Positions 1 through 9,965 of a stretch of DNA of 64,000 nt are shown one piece after another (position 1 is the stretch's first letter; each line of letters begins with the position of its first letter). Source of the stretch: Thermoplasmata archaeon (GTDB taxonomy: Archaea > Thermoplasmatota > Thermoplasmata > Lutacidiplasmatales > UBA184). The notes beneath the pieces are model-generated. The model made no database searches. It was not told the origin of the DNA and saw only the letters and a program-made list of their open reading frames with translations. A program made the position numbers and the translations under genes. The DNA is taken from the NCBI GenBank assembly GCA_021790425.1, contig JAJYEA010000004.1, positions 13,227-77,226 on the forward strand. Reading direction: 5' to 3'.

Positions 1-1221
1 GGGACGTGGACCCCGCTGCACATCCCGGGGCCCAGCGCTCGCCTCGGGGCCTACGTGGCCTATGACTACTCCGATCACTACGTGTTGCTCTTCGGCGGAG
101 GGCCCTACCTCACCCTCAACGGCTCGCTCTACGACTCCGACACCTGGGAGTTCCAGAACGGGACGTGGACGGAGCTCTACCCTGCCGTGCATCCCTCGGC
201 GCGGGGGCTGGGGGGCATCGCCTGGGACGCGACCGACGGGTATCTCATCATCTACGGCGGGATGTCGAGCCAGTACAACATCCACAGCGACACCTGGACG
301 TATCGCGACGGCCAGTGGCAGAACCTGAGCCTGGCCGTCCATCCCCCGGCCCTCCTGTCCCCCGGGATGACCTACGACCCCGCGGAACACTACGTCCTCC
401 TCTTCGGGGGCGCCACCTGCCCCTCCTGCTCCGAGTTCGGCCTCGACATCGAGCAGACCTGGTCCTTCGCCAACGGGGCCTGGTCCAACCTCACGGGCTC
501 GATCCACGGGAAGGTCCCCGACGGCCGGATCCTCTTCTCGATGGCCTGGGACCCGGCCCAGAACTTCGTCGTCCTTTTCGGGGGCTGGAACACGACGACG
601 CTCGCCCTCTACGGGGACACGTGGATCTTCCTGGACGGTTTCTGGAGCCAGCTCTTCCTCTCACCCACCCCGGCCCCCGCGATGATCGGGGGGAGCCTCA
701 TCAACACCACGGCGAACGCGGGGTTGCTGCTCTTCGGGGGTGTCGTGGGCACCTACACGGGCTACTGGGGGACGAACGCGACCTGGGTCTTCGGGCCGCC
801 GCCCGCGAACACGTCGACCGTGGTGGTCCCGCCCACCACCTATCCGGTCACGTTCCACACGGTCCCGGCCTCCTGCGGGGCGGTGCTCTTCAACAGCACG
901 GAGATGGGCAACGGCTCGAGCGTCCACCTGACGGTGGGCCAGTACAACATGAGCGTGCCCCCGTGCCACGGATACACCTTCAGCCGGTGGTACTGGGCGG
1001 GGGACGTCGACCTTGTCGGCCCCCAGGCGCAGTCCACCAATGGCCTGGTCGTGAACGGGGCAGGTAATCTCACGGCCTTCTTCGCACCGGCCAGCGCGGC
1101 CCACTACCGCACGCTCCCCGTCGACGCCCTGGTGGCCCTCGTGGGCATCATCGCGCTGGCGGTCGCGGGCGTCTACGCGTATCTCCGACTCTCGGCCCGA
1201 CGCCTTCCTCCCCCACCTTGA
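1..1221 (+). CDS. Secreted Kelch/galactose-oxidase-type beta-propeller protein with C-terminal TM anchor (5'-partial)
   Basis: Frame is open from base 1 (GTWTPLHIPGPSAR...). Five repeats of A(Y/W)D-x4-(Y)xLLFGG...DTW-x-F/Y, then a beta-rich domain, a hydrophobic helix and RRLPPPP. Confidence 0.8.
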   Translation, partial: GTWTPLHIPGPSARLGAYVAYDYSDHYVLLFGGGPYLTLNGSLYDSDTWEFQNGTWTELYPAVHPSARGLGGIAWDATDGYLIIYGGMSSQYNIHSDTWTYRDGQWQNLSLAVHPPALLSPGMTYDPAEHYVLLFGGATCPSCSEFGLDIEQTWSFANGAWSNLTGSIHGKVPDGRILFSMAWDPAQNFVVLFGGWNTTTLALYGDTWIFLDGFWSQLFLSPTPAPAMIGGSLINTTANAGLLLFGGVVGTYTGYWGTNATWVFGPPPANTSTVVVPPTTYPVTFHTVPASCGAVLFNSTEMGNGSSVHLTVGQYNMSVPPCHGYTFSRWYWAGDVDLVGPQAQSTNGLVVNGAGNLTAFFAPASAAHYRTLPVDALVALVGIIALAVAGVYAYLRLSARRLPPPP

Positions 1222-1342
1222 CGGGGCCTCAATCGGGGTAGGTCCGAGGACCCCCGGCGTCCGTGTCGCGCGGGCAGGCGCTCCCCCGTCGACGGGCCCC
1301 CGCCGGGGGTGTCGTGCGGGGTCCCGGCCGGTGTCGGGCCCG

Positions 1343-4108
1343 CTACTGCATCATCATGGGCGGCGGCAGGGGGGCCGGCGCTGCCTTCTTCTTGCGGAGG
1401 AAGAGCAGCGCACCGACGATGGCCGCCACGGCGACCACGGCCACCACCGCGATGATGAGCCAGAGGTCACTGCCCCCGGTGCCGTTGCTCGTGGACGGCT
1501 GGGACGGCGCCGGGTTCACCTCGAGCGTCGCCGTGGAGGTGACGCTGTGCTGGGCCGAGTCGTTGACGTAGACCTTGACGGTGAAGTTCCCGGTCGCGGT
1601 CGGCGTGCACGTGAGCTGGGTCGCGTTGGAGGACTGGCACCCGGCCGGCAGGCCCGCGTAGGCGTAGGAGAGGGTTCCCGTGCCGCTCGTGGCCACGACG
1701 GTGAAGTAGGTGCTCTTCCCCAGCGTGATCGGGGAGGGGCTCACCGTGAAGCTGGAGATCGTGGGGGGCGGTCCGCTGTTGCCACCCTTCGAGAGCACCT
1801 CCAGGACCAGCGTCTTGGAGCCGCTGTGGCTCGCGGTGTCGTTGGCGTAGACCGTCACGGTGAAGTTGCCCGCCACGGTGGGCGTGCAGGGGAGCGAGGC
1901 CAGGTTCTGGGAATTGCACCCCCCGGGCAGCCCGGCGTAGGCGTAGGAGAGCGTGCCCGATCCCCCGGAGGCCTGCACGGTCAGCGTGGTCTGCTGCGAG
2001 ACGTTGATCGGGTTCGGGGTGGCGGTGAACGTCGCGACGACCGGCACCGGTGGCGCCGTGACCGTGAGCAGGGTGTTCCCCGAGGAATTCGCCCCGGAGG
2101 AATCGGTCATGTTCGCGATGAGGAGGTACGTGCCCGCGAGCGTCGGTGCGCAGGTGATCGTGGAGAGGTTCTGCGTCGCGCATCCCGGCGGCAGTCCCGA
2201 GTAGGCGTAGGCGAACGGAGACGTACCCCCGGTGTGGCTCACGGTGATCGTGGTGGAGTTCCCGACCTGGACCGAGGAGGGGTTGGCCACGACGTTGGAC
2301 ACCGCGAGCGGCTGGTTGACGGTCAGGACCGCGCTCGTGTTCACGCTGTGGCCGGCGGAATCGTTCACGAAGACGGTGATCGTGAACGTCCCCGCGGCCT
2401 TCGGGGTGCACATGAAGGACGCCGGCTGAGTGCCGTTCGCGCAGTTCGTGGGCATCCCGGTGTAGCTGTAGCTCAGGGTCGGGATCCCGCCCGTTTCCGT
2501 GACCTGGACCTTCGTCGAGGTGTTGTACGTCATCGGGTCCGGCGTAAGGGTGAAGGTCGGGGTGGTCATGGCATTGTAGACCCGCAGGTTGACCGTCGCG
2601 TTGCTCGAGTGGGACGACGTGTCGTTCAGGTAGACCCGTACCGTGTAGTTACCGGCGACCGTCGGGACGCACGTCAGGACGGTCACGTCCGAGGACGTGC
2701 AGGGGGTCGGCAGGCCCGAGTAGGCATAGGTGATCGGGCTCGGCCATGTTCCGTTCGTCACGCTGAAGTTCGTGGACTCGCCCGTCAGGATGGGGGTCGG
2801 GTTCACCGTGAACGAGGTGATGGAGGGACCCCCCGTCGGGGTGACCGCGATGGAGGCCTCATCGACGAAGTGCGAGCAGTTGTAGCTCACGTTCGCCCAG
2901 AGGTGGCCGTTCGCGGTGACCGAGCCTGCCGTGAGCGTGACCGAGGGGCCCGACGTCCCGCTCAGCGTGCCCAGGGTGGACGGGCTCATCGACCAGCTAT
3001 AGGTCGCCCCGGGGATCGTGACGCCCGACTGGTTGAGCGCGGAGGCCGTGAAGGTCAGCGCCTGGGTATACGCGAGGGAGGCGGAGACGGGGGAGACCGC
3101 GCTCTGGTTCAGGATCTGGATCACGTAGTTCCCCCAGAGGGGGGCGAAGGCTCCCGGGTAGGGTACACCGTTCGCGACCGATCCGATCGTGAGCTGGTTG
3201 TTCGCGAGCGAACCGACCTGGTCGTGTCCCTGGATCCCCATCGAGCCGAGGGTCGTGTTGAACTGGGGCATCGCGTTGGCTGCGAGCGGCACCCGGTTCC
3301 CGTCGACCACGATCGCGTTGGGGATGTTGGTGGGGGGGAGCTGGGGGTAGGACACCCCTGCGCTCGCGTACGTCAGTGCCACGAGGGAGGGCCCCAGGGT
3401 CCCGCCCTCCTCGCACATCGTCCCCGCAGCCACCGGGGCGCCAACATCGTACGTCCCGTTCTCCCAGGCGATGGTGCCCGTCGCGGAACCGCCCGTGATG
3501 AGGTTCCCGTTCCACGTGTACGACCACCAGGGACCCTTGACGTGGTTAATGGCAAAGTTGTAGGTCGATCCCTCGGTCAACTGAGGGGCACCTCCGATGA
3601 GGTAGGCGTTGTAGATCAGGGTGTCGTTCGGCAGGACCGCCGCGGGGACGGCCACGTTGCCGTAGAGAGTCACGTCCGACTCGGCCACCCCTGCCGCGGT
3701 GAAAGCCGAAGCATTGACGGGGTCTCCGACCCCGATCACCACGAACTGGGACTGGTTGCTGGTGGTGAAGGCGACCCCGCTCGGCGCCGTGATGTTGGCG
3801 CTGAGCTGGGTGTTGTTCACCCACGACGACTGATCGTAGGTCGCCGATGCCCCGGTCCCCTCGGCAGGAATGTTGATGGGGGAGATCAGGGGGCGGGAGC
3901 TCCCGGAGGTACGCTGGCAGGACCCCGAGCCGAGGCCCGTGGCAAGGTTCGGGATGCTGAGGGTCGAGTGGCCGAGCGACGTCGCCGGGCTCGCGGCATG
4001 GGGGGAGGCCACCTCCGCTACGACGGGACCGCCGTTCCCGGCGGCCATATAGAGGGTAGGCGCGATTCCCACGAGCACGACGGCGCACAAGACCAATGCC
4101 AAGCGCAT
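1343..4108 (-). CDS. Secreted membrane-anchored protein: unassigned N-terminal beta-sandwich domain, one Big-like domain, five Cys-paired Ig-like repeats, C-terminal TM
   Basis: Signal peptide MRLALVLCAVVLVG (ATG 4108; alternative GTG 4117). Repeats SGG-x-x-x-YxYxGLPxxC-x9-CxPT. TM followed by RKKK. TATA-like TTTATTA upstream. Confidence 0.8.
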   Translation of the reverse strand: MRLALVLCAVVLVGIAPTLYMAAGNGGPVVAEVASPHAASPATSLGHSTLSIPNLATGLGSGSCQRTSGSSRPLISPINIPAEGTGASATYDQSSWVNNTQLSANITAPSGVAFTTSNQSQFVVIGVGDPVNASAFTAAGVAESDVTLYGNVAVPAAVLPNDTLIYNAYLIGGAPQLTEGSTYNFAINHVKGPWWSYTWNGNLITGGSATGTIAWENGTYDVGAPVAAGTMCEEGGTLGPSLVALTYASAGVSYPQLPPTNIPNAIVVDGNRVPLAANAMPQFNTTLGSMGIQGHDQVGSLANNQLTIGSVANGVPYPGAFAPLWGNYVIQILNQSAVSPVSASLAYTQALTFTASALNQSGVTIPGATYSWSMSPSTLGTLSGTSGPSVTLTAGSVTANGHLWANVSYNCSHFVDEASIAVTPTGGPSITSFTVNPTPILTGESTNFSVTNGTWPSPITYAYSGLPTPCTSSDVTVLTCVPTVAGNYTVRVYLNDTSSHSSNATVNLRVYNAMTTPTFTLTPDPMTYNTSTKVQVTETGGIPTLSYSYTGMPTNCANGTQPASFMCTPKAAGTFTITVFVNDSAGHSVNTSAVLTVNQPLAVSNVVANPSSVQVGNSTTITVSHTGGTSPFAYAYSGLPPGCATQNLSTITCAPTLAGTYLLIANMTDSSGANSSGNTLLTVTAPPVPVVATFTATPNPINVSQQTTLTVQASGGSGTLSYAYAGLPGGCNSQNLASLPCTPTVAGNFTVTVYANDTASHSGSKTLVLEVLSKGGNSGPPPTISSFTVSPSPITLGKSTYFTVVATSGTGTLSYAYAGLPAGCQSSNATQLTCTPTATGNFTVKVYVNDSAQHSVTSTATLEVNPAPSQPSTSNGTGGSDLWLIIAVVAVVAVAAIVGALLFLRKKKAAPAPLPPPMMMQ

Positions 4109-4130
4109 GCACGGCACACGGGGTCGGGCG

Positions 4131-4137
4131 TAATAAA
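4131..4137 (-). promoter_or_regulatory. TATA-like box (TTTATTA) for the 1343-4108 gene
   Basis: AT-rich island in GC-rich DNA, about 23-29 nt before the ATG at 4108. Confidence 0.55.
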
Positions 4138-4247
4138 TGTTTGGCTCAGCCCGGCTCGGGCACCGGTCTCTTCGCTCGGAGGGGGTGCTCGCCCTGACGG
4201 TCCACCCCGCACCTGGGACGGGTCCCGCAGTCCCGGCCGTTCCCGGC

Positions 4248-7200
4248 TCAACGGGGATAGCCGGGGGAAGGGCGGCGCCGACGGGCGACCAGCACGATCA
4301 CCACGACCACTACGGCCACGACCACGGCGATCAGCAGGATCCAGACGAGCGACCCGATCGACTGCGTGGAGTTCGAGCTGCCCGTCCCGGCCGCCTGGAC
4401 CGTGAGGTGGGTGGTCGCCTGCGCCGAGTGGCCCGAGGTGTCGGCCACGGTGACCGTCACCGTGAAGGTTCCCGCTTGGGAGGGGGAGCACTGGAACGAT
4501 GCCGCGTTCTGGGTCGCGCATCCCGTGGGCAGCCCGGCGTACGAGTAGGAGAGCGCGCCCGTTCCTCCCGAGGCGGAGACCGTGAAGGTGACCGCGTTTC
4601 CCGCCGTCACATTGGCCGGGCTCACCGAGAAGCTCGCGATCGCGAGCGGGGGGGTGACGGCCGTCACCGTCAGGGTGGCGGTCTTCGACGCCGAGGTGAG
4701 ACCGTTGGCGCCCCGCACGGTGGCGGACACGGTGTAGGTCCCGGCGGCCGTCGGGGTGCACTTGAGCGAGCTCGTGTTGGCCGAGGTGCATCCGGCGGGC
4801 AGGCTCGGGTACTGGTACGTATAGGGGGAGACCCCTCCGCTGGCAGTGACGTTGAGGAAGGAGGACCCGCCCAGCGGGATCGAGCTCGGCGTGGCCGTGA
4901 ACGAGGCGATCGTGGGAGGCAGGGGGATCGCGGGGTCCACCGTCACGGTGACCGCGTTGTCCGTGGCGCTCACTCCCTTGGAGTCCGTCACGTTCACGGT
5001 GACCGCCGTGAAGTTCCCCGTGGCGGTGGGGGTGCACTTGAGCGAGGAGACGTTCGCGGAGAGGCAGCCCGTCGGCAGCCGCGAGTACGCATAGGTCAGG
5101 GGACCCGTGCCGCCGCTCGCCGTCACGTTGAGGTAGGTCGAGCCACCGAGGTGGACCGTGGACGGGGTGGCCGTGAAGGCGCTGATCGTCACCCCTCCGG
5201 GGGCGGGCTGCACGGTGAAGGAGGTCGCCTGCGTGAGAGTCTGGGGGGGATGCCCCGAATCGGAGACCGCGACGGTCACCGAGTAGTTCCCCGCCGTCGT
5301 CGGCGTGCAGGTCAGCATGCTCGCGTTCACGCTGGTGCACCCCGCGGGAAGGTTGAGGTACGAGTAGGAGAACGGAGCGACCCCTCCGGAGGTGGTCACG
5401 GTGAGCAGGGTGGACGCGCCGAGGGCAAAGGAGGTGGGGGTGGCGGTGAAGGACGAGATGCTGAAGGCCGACGCGGCCTGGACCGCCTTCGTGAAGTTCG
5501 CCGCATCGATCGTCCCCCAACCGGTCACGAGGTCGTACCCGGGGAGGGCGGAGTCTGCGTAGTTCGACCCGGACGTGACATCGTAGACCACGTGGGGGGC
5601 GGCCGTGGAGTTCGCCTCCCGGCTCGCGAGCGGGTAGAGCTGGGGGTTGAGGAAGCCGAGCCACGACCCTCCGGAGAGGGTGAGGTTGTTGTCCATCGCC
5701 GCGACCATGCCGGCGGTGATGGGGGTGGCGATGCTCGTTCCCCAGGCCCAGTAAAAGGCGCCGGTGCTCGAGGCGTTGCTGGCGATGTACTGGTAGCCGT
5801 TGACAGTGATCGTGATGAGCGTGTTGTTGCCCACCGCGGCCACGTCGGGAACGCCGCGGCCCGCTCCCTTCGTGACGTTGTTCGCCTCCGTGGAGAGCTG
5901 CCAGGAGGGCTCGGCGACCAGGGCGCTCACGCCCCCCTCGGACCCGGCCGGACCGCCGTCCCCGGTGTCGGCGGCGGAGATGTTCCAGACCACCTGGCCC
6001 GCGAGGGCGAGCGACACAGCGTTCATCGCGACGGTGGTGCCGCCCACGCCCGTGTCCCCGTACGTGGCATAGGAGTTCGTGCTCGGGAAGGCCGGATTCG
6101 TCCCGGGATACTTCGTGCTCAGCACGTTGTCGTCCGAGTCGCCCGTGCAGGCGAGGACGGTGATCCCCCGGGCCTGGGCCTGCTGGAGGTCTGAGTCCCA
6201 CGTCGCGTCCGTGGTGTCACCGCCGTACCAGGAGTTCGAGATCACGGAGACGTTCCCGAGCATCGTGGTCGCTGGGTTCGCGCTCAGGATGTAGGTCAGG
6301 TCCGCGTCGAGTTGGGCGTAGGAGTTGCTGGGCCCGTAGACGTTGAACACGTGGGCGCCGGGCGCCATCGCACCGACGCTCTCGAGGTCCAGGGTGTTCT
6401 CGAAATCGGCCCCGCTCGTGTCCCAGGCCGCGAGGCAGCTCGGGGCGGGGGCCCCGTTGATCGGTACACCGGCGTACAGCGCGTGGGGCTCGCCCGTCGG
6501 GATCGTCTCGTTGAAGAAGTCCCCGATATCCTTCGGGTCGAACCCTCCGAGCGCCTGGCCGCTCGTGAGGCTGCCGCAGGGTGTTGTGATGGTGCTGCCG
6601 GTGTAGGAGCCTGCCCAGAGGATGGTGGCCACCACCATCTTCGTGGGGTAGTTTCCCGTCAGGAGGGAGGAGAGATCGTAGGAGACCTGGAAGTCCGGGG
6701 AGTACTCCAGCTGGATGCCCTGGTAGTTGGCGGGGGGAAGGAAGCCGCTGGGGAGCGGCCGGCTGGTCCCACCGGGGATCGCGCCGGAGCCGGCGTGCGC
6801 TCCCGCCGTGCCGAGGTGCGCGAAGAACTGGGGGCTGGTGCTGAGCCCCTCCACCCCGACCACGTACGGGGCGAGGTCGGCGGGCAGCTCGGGAGCCGAC
6901 ACCGGCGATTCGAAGGTCCGTCCTCCCTGGTCATAGACTCCCAGCGTGGTGTGGAAGATGTCGCTGACGGCGGCGGGTGAGGCGGAGAAGGAGATCGCGG
7001 TGCGGTCCGAATAGGTCTCGATGTTCGTCCCTCCGTGGGAGGAGACGTACTGCACGAGGCTCGCGTAGACCGCCGGTGAGGGAGAGTACCGGGCGTCGAA
7101 CTGCGACTGGGTCAGATAGTGGTGGTACAGCGGGGACGAGCGGTCGGAGAGTGCCGCGAGCAAGGCCGCGAGCTCCCCCGCGTTCGAGTACTTGAGGGAG

Positions 7201-7406
7201 AGGACCACGTACACCGGTGCCTGCGCTCCGGGACCCGAGAGCGGCACGAGCCCGGTCGTCGCGCTCCGCTCCGCGTCCGGGATGGGGAGCCACGCGGGTG
7301 TTCCCGGGACACTGGCGCGGGCGATCGCCGTACCCGGCAGCACGAAGAGGGCGGCGAGGAGCACGGTCACCGAGACGATCCACCCGAGGCGCGAATGCGG
7401 CGTCAT
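4248..7406 (-). CDS. S53 (sedolisin/kumamolisin) serine peptidase with prodomain, four Cys-paired Ig-like repeats and C-terminal TM
   Basis: Signal peptide; activation prodomain (YHHYLTQSQFDARYSPS); ENTLDLE (Glu/Asp); TGDSD oxyanion motif; RGVPDVAA; WGTSIATP catalytic Ser; GYDLVTGWG; TM then RRRR. Confidence 0.9.
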   Translation of the reverse strand: MTPHSRLGWIVSVTVLLAALFVLPGTAIARASVPGTPAWLPIPDAERSATTGLVPLSGPGAQAPVYVVLSLKYSNAGELAALLAALSDRSSPLYHHYLTQSQFDARYSPSPAVYASLVQYVSSHGGTNIETYSDRTAISFSASPAAVSDIFHTTLGVYDQGGRTFESPVSAPELPADLAPYVVGVEGLSTSPQFFAHLGTAGAHAGSGAIPGGTSRPLPSGFLPPANYQGIQLEYSPDFQVSYDLSSLLTGNYPTKMVVATILWAGSYTGSTITTPCGSLTSGQALGGFDPKDIGDFFNETIPTGEPHALYAGVPINGAPAPSCLAAWDTSGADFENTLDLESVGAMAPGAHVFNVYGPSNSYAQLDADLTYILSANPATTMLGNVSVISNSWYGGDTTDATWDSDLQQAQARGITVLACTGDSDDNVLSTKYPGTNPAFPSTNSYATYGDTGVGGTTVAMNAVSLALAGQVVWNISAADTGDGGPAGSEGGVSALVAEPSWQLSTEANNVTKGAGRGVPDVAAVGNNTLITITVNGYQYIASNASSTGAFYWAWGTSIATPITAGMVAAMDNNLTLSGGSWLGFLNPQLYPLASREANSTAAPHVVYDVTSGSNYADSALPGYDLVTGWGTIDAANFTKAVQAASAFSISSFTATPTSFALGASTLLTVTTSGGVAPFSYSYLNLPAGCTSVNASMLTCTPTTAGNYSVTVAVSDSGHPPQTLTQATSFTVQPAPGGVTISAFTATPSTVHLGGSTYLNVTASGGTGPLTYAYSRLPTGCLSANVSSLKCTPTATGNFTAVTVNVTDSKGVSATDNAVTVTVDPAIPLPPTIASFTATPSSIPLGGSSFLNVTASGGVSPYTYQYPSLPAGCTSANTSSLKCTPTAAGTYTVSATVRGANGLTSASKTATLTVTAVTPPLAIASFSVSPANVTAGNAVTFTVSASGGTGALSYSYAGLPTGCATQNAASFQCSPSQAGTFTVTVTVADTSGHSAQATTHLTVQAAGTGSSNSTQSIGSLVWILLIAVVVAVVVVVIVLVARRRRPSPGYPR

Positions 7407-7429
7407 CCGTCCGGAATGGGGTTGCTAGG

Positions 7430-7435
7430 ATAAAA
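7430..7435 (-). promoter_or_regulatory. TATA-like box (TTTTAT) for the S53 gene
   Basis: Located 24-29 nt before the ATG at 7406. Confidence 0.5.
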
Positions 7436-8947
7436 TCATGTCGGTGGGCTCGGAAGCCCCACGGACCCGCGCCACCGTTCTCGAAGGCGGCGGCTCGCGG
7501 TGCGGGACAAGGAGGGACGGATCCGGGAAGGGCCCGCTCGGTTCCGTCCCCTTGCAGGGATATCCTGCCCGGAGGCGAGCCCGGTCCCCCATCCGGCGGC
7601 AAGCGCCGCCCCCCAGGCGGTGCCTTCTGTGAGGGGTGAGCGTACGAGGGTGCGACCCGAGAGGTCGGCGATCCGCTGGAGCAGGAAGCGCGAGCGCGAG
7701 AGCCCCCCGTCCACGATCCATGTCGCGGGAGGCCCGTTCCCGTCCGCAGAGAGGGCCTCAAGCACGTCGGCGACTCGGTGCGCGACCCCGTCGAGCGCGG
7801 CTCGCGCGAGTTCCTCCCGTCTCGTGTCGAGGCTCAGTCCCGAGAGATGGCCCCGCTGGTGGGGATCCCAGTAGGGGGCGAAGAGCCCGCCCAACGCCGG
7901 AAGGAACGACTCGTCCCCCGGGCGTGCCCGGGCCGCCCGTCGCTCCATCTCCGGGACGTCCCGGAAGAGGCCGAGGCCGGTCGGACCCAGCCAGTCGAGA
8001 AAGCTCCCCACGGTGCCGACGGATCCCTCGATGCCGATCTCGGGAGCGGCCCCGGAGCGCTGCCAGAGGACCGTGCGGATCATGCCCGACCGGGGCGCGT
8101 CGTACCCGGGCCGGCCGCGGGAGAGGAGGAAGGCACCCGTGCCGAGGGTCATCTTGGCGCGGGCGGGGGTGCCCCACGTGAGCCCGAGGAGGCTCGCCTG
8201 CTGGTCGCCGAGGAGCGACCGTAGCGGGAGGGGTTCGGGGCCCATGCCGGCCACCGAACCAAGGTCCGTCCCGAACGACGGGACGATCTCGGGGAGCCAC
8301 TCTTCCCGGATCCCGAAGTGGTCGAGGGCGGACGGATCGTAGCGACCCCGGTCGAGGTCGAAGAGCAGCGTGCGGGAGGCGTTCGAGGCATCCGTGATCC
8401 AGGCCGGTCCTACCGTGGACCGGCCGAGGAGATCGTGGGCGAGGAGCGCGTCGACCGTCACGAAGCGGAGGCGCCCCGACCGTGCGGCCGCCCGCGCCTC
8501 GGGAGAGTGACGCAGGATCCAGACCATCTTCGGTGCGGAGGGGTAGGTCGTGAGCGGGAGTCCCCCGCTCCTCCAGAGCCGTCGGGCCCAGCCTCCCTGC
8601 GCGTGCTCGCGGGCGATCGCCTCCGTCCGGGTGTCGTGCCAGAGGAGGAGCGGGGAGAGGGGCTTCCCGCTCTCTGCATCCACGGCCACAACGCTCTCGC
8701 GCTGGTTCGTGATCCCCAGTCCCACGACCCGGGCGTTCCGGGCCGCATCCGTCCGGAGCGCCCGGGAGAGGGTGAGCCGGGCGAGACGTAGGGTCTCGCG
8801 GGCATCCTGCTCCGCCCATCCGGGGCTCGGATGCCGGGTGTGCGTGGGGGCGGCCGCCACGGCCACCGGGCGGCCCCCGCGGTCGAAGAGGAGGGTTCGG
8901 ATGGAGGAGGTCCCCGCGTCCAGGCCCGCGAGGAGCTCCCGGGTCAT
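7436..8947 (-). CDS. glpK: Glycerol kinase (FGGY family)
   Basis: Real start MTRELLAGLDAGTSS (ATG 8947, ATGA overlap with upstream stop). Motifs GITNQRES, WHDTRT, TDASNASRTLLFD, GDQQA, KMTLGTGAFL, GLFAPYWD, VDGG. Confidence 0.85.
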   Translation of the reverse strand: MTRELLAGLDAGTSSIRTLLFDRGGRPVAVAAAPTHTRHPSPGWAEQDARETLRLARLTLSRALRTDAARNARVVGLGITNQRESVVAVDAESGKPLSPLLLWHDTRTEAIAREHAQGGWARRLWRSGGLPLTTYPSAPKMVWILRHSPEARAAARSGRLRFVTVDALLAHDLLGRSTVGPAWITDASNASRTLLFDLDRGRYDPSALDHFGIREEWLPEIVPSFGTDLGSVAGMGPEPLPLRSLLGDQQASLLGLTWGTPARAKMTLGTGAFLLSRGRPGYDAPRSGMIRTVLWQRSGAAPEIGIEGSVGTVGSFLDWLGPTGLGLFRDVPEMERRAARARPGDESFLPALGGLFAPYWDPHQRGHLSGLSLDTRREELARAALDGVAHRVADVLEALSADGNGPPATWIVDGGLSRSRFLLQRIADLSGRTLVRSPLTEGTAWGAALAAGWGTGLASGQDIPARGRNRAGPSRIRPSLSRTASRRLRERWRGSVGLPSPPT

Positions 8948-9792
8948 GACAGGAACTCGCGGACCTTGGCCAGGGACTCGGGGTACTTCTCGACCATCGG
9001 CAGGTGGCCGCACTTCTCGAAGACCACGAAGCGGGCCCCGGGGATGCGCTCGACGGCCGTCTCGTTCTCCTTCCACGCGAAGTGCTGGTCCTCCTCGCCC
9101 CAGAGGGCGAGGGTCGGGCACTTGATGTGCCCCAGGATGCCGCTCACGGAGGCATCCGGGCGTCGCAGGCAGTTCGCGGTGGCGAGATACGAGGACCGCT
9201 TCGCGTGGTCCTTCCACTCGGGCACGAGGAACTCGATCCAGCGCTCGTCGATGAACTTGGGGTCGTAGAACACGCCCTTCCGGAGGAAGGAGCGGAAGCG
9301 GCCCGCGCTCGGGGCCATGAGGTAGGCCCCCAGTACGTAGGGAAAGTAGAGGCGGACCGTCTTTCCGGGCATCTTGGGGGTCAGTCCCGCCGCGTCGAGC
9401 AGCACGAGCCGGTCCACGCGCGGGGCGCGCGAGACCGCGAGCATGGCGGCGAGGGCACCGCCCATCGAGCTCCCGACGAGCGTGAAGTGTCCCGGGACCA
9501 CGGCATCCACGAACCGCTCCAACGCGTCCCGGTACATCGGGAGCGTGCGGGCCTTGCCGGGGAGCTGGGAGGAGCCCCCGTGGCACGGCAGGTCGGGGGC
9601 GATGACGCGCCACTCCTTCGACAGGTCCTTCAGGACCCGGTACCAGACCTCAGAGCGGGCGCCGAAGCCGTGCAGGAGGAGAAGGGTCCCTCGTCCACCG
9701 TCCCACTCCCCGGCCTCCAGGTAGCGGATCGTGAGGCCATTCACCTGGGCGCGTTTCTCGACAGTTCCCGCGGGGATCGGAAGACCGGGCAT
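8944..9792 (-). CDS. Alpha/beta hydrolase (lipase/esterase-like)
   Basis: LLLHGFG, APDLPCHG, nucleophile GSSMGG, acid in WGEED, catalytic His in CGHLP. Confidence 0.88.
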   Translation of the reverse strand: MPGLPIPAGTVEKRAQVNGLTIRYLEAGEWDGGRGTLLLLHGFGARSEVWYRVLKDLSKEWRVIAPDLPCHGGSSQLPGKARTLPMYRDALERFVDAVVPGHFTLVGSSMGGALAAMLAVSRAPRVDRLVLLDAAGLTPKMPGKTVRLYFPYVLGAYLMAPSAGRFRSFLRKGVFYDPKFIDERWIEFLVPEWKDHAKRSSYLATANCLRRPDASVSGILGHIKCPTLALWGEEDQHFAWKENETAVERIPGARFVVFEKCGHLPMVEKYPESLAKVREFLS

Positions 9793-9965
9793 TCCCCGAA
9801 GCAGAACATTCGGATTATCATCATTTCGGGGTGGGGGCGTCAGGACGGGCGATCTGGGGGGGGTCGGCGATCCGGGGGCGGGGACCCCTCCCTTTCCCCC
9901 CTATCCATACTAGGAGGATGGGGGCCGGGGCTCGCGGCGCTTCCGCCGCGAGGACTCCCGGGGGT

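Noticed and set aside
1331-4405. Long plus-strand ORFs antisense to the surface-protein genes (also 4137-6194, 35490-37577 minus, 40408-43365 plus, 48093-50225 plus)
   Set aside because: Arg/Gly/Pro-rich shadow frames caused by high GC3; the opposite strand carries recognisable proteins.
7436-9613. Apparent N-terminal extensions of glpK, and similarly argJ (to 19517), the macrodomain gene (to 60166) and S66 (from 32639)
   Set aside because: The extensions overlap upstream genes in another frame; true starts sit at ATGA/GTGA overlaps or motif-defined N-termini.
9793-9965. G-rich stretch with two GGCGATC(T/C)GGGGG copies
   Set aside because: Short low-complexity repeat expected at this GC content; no functional cue.
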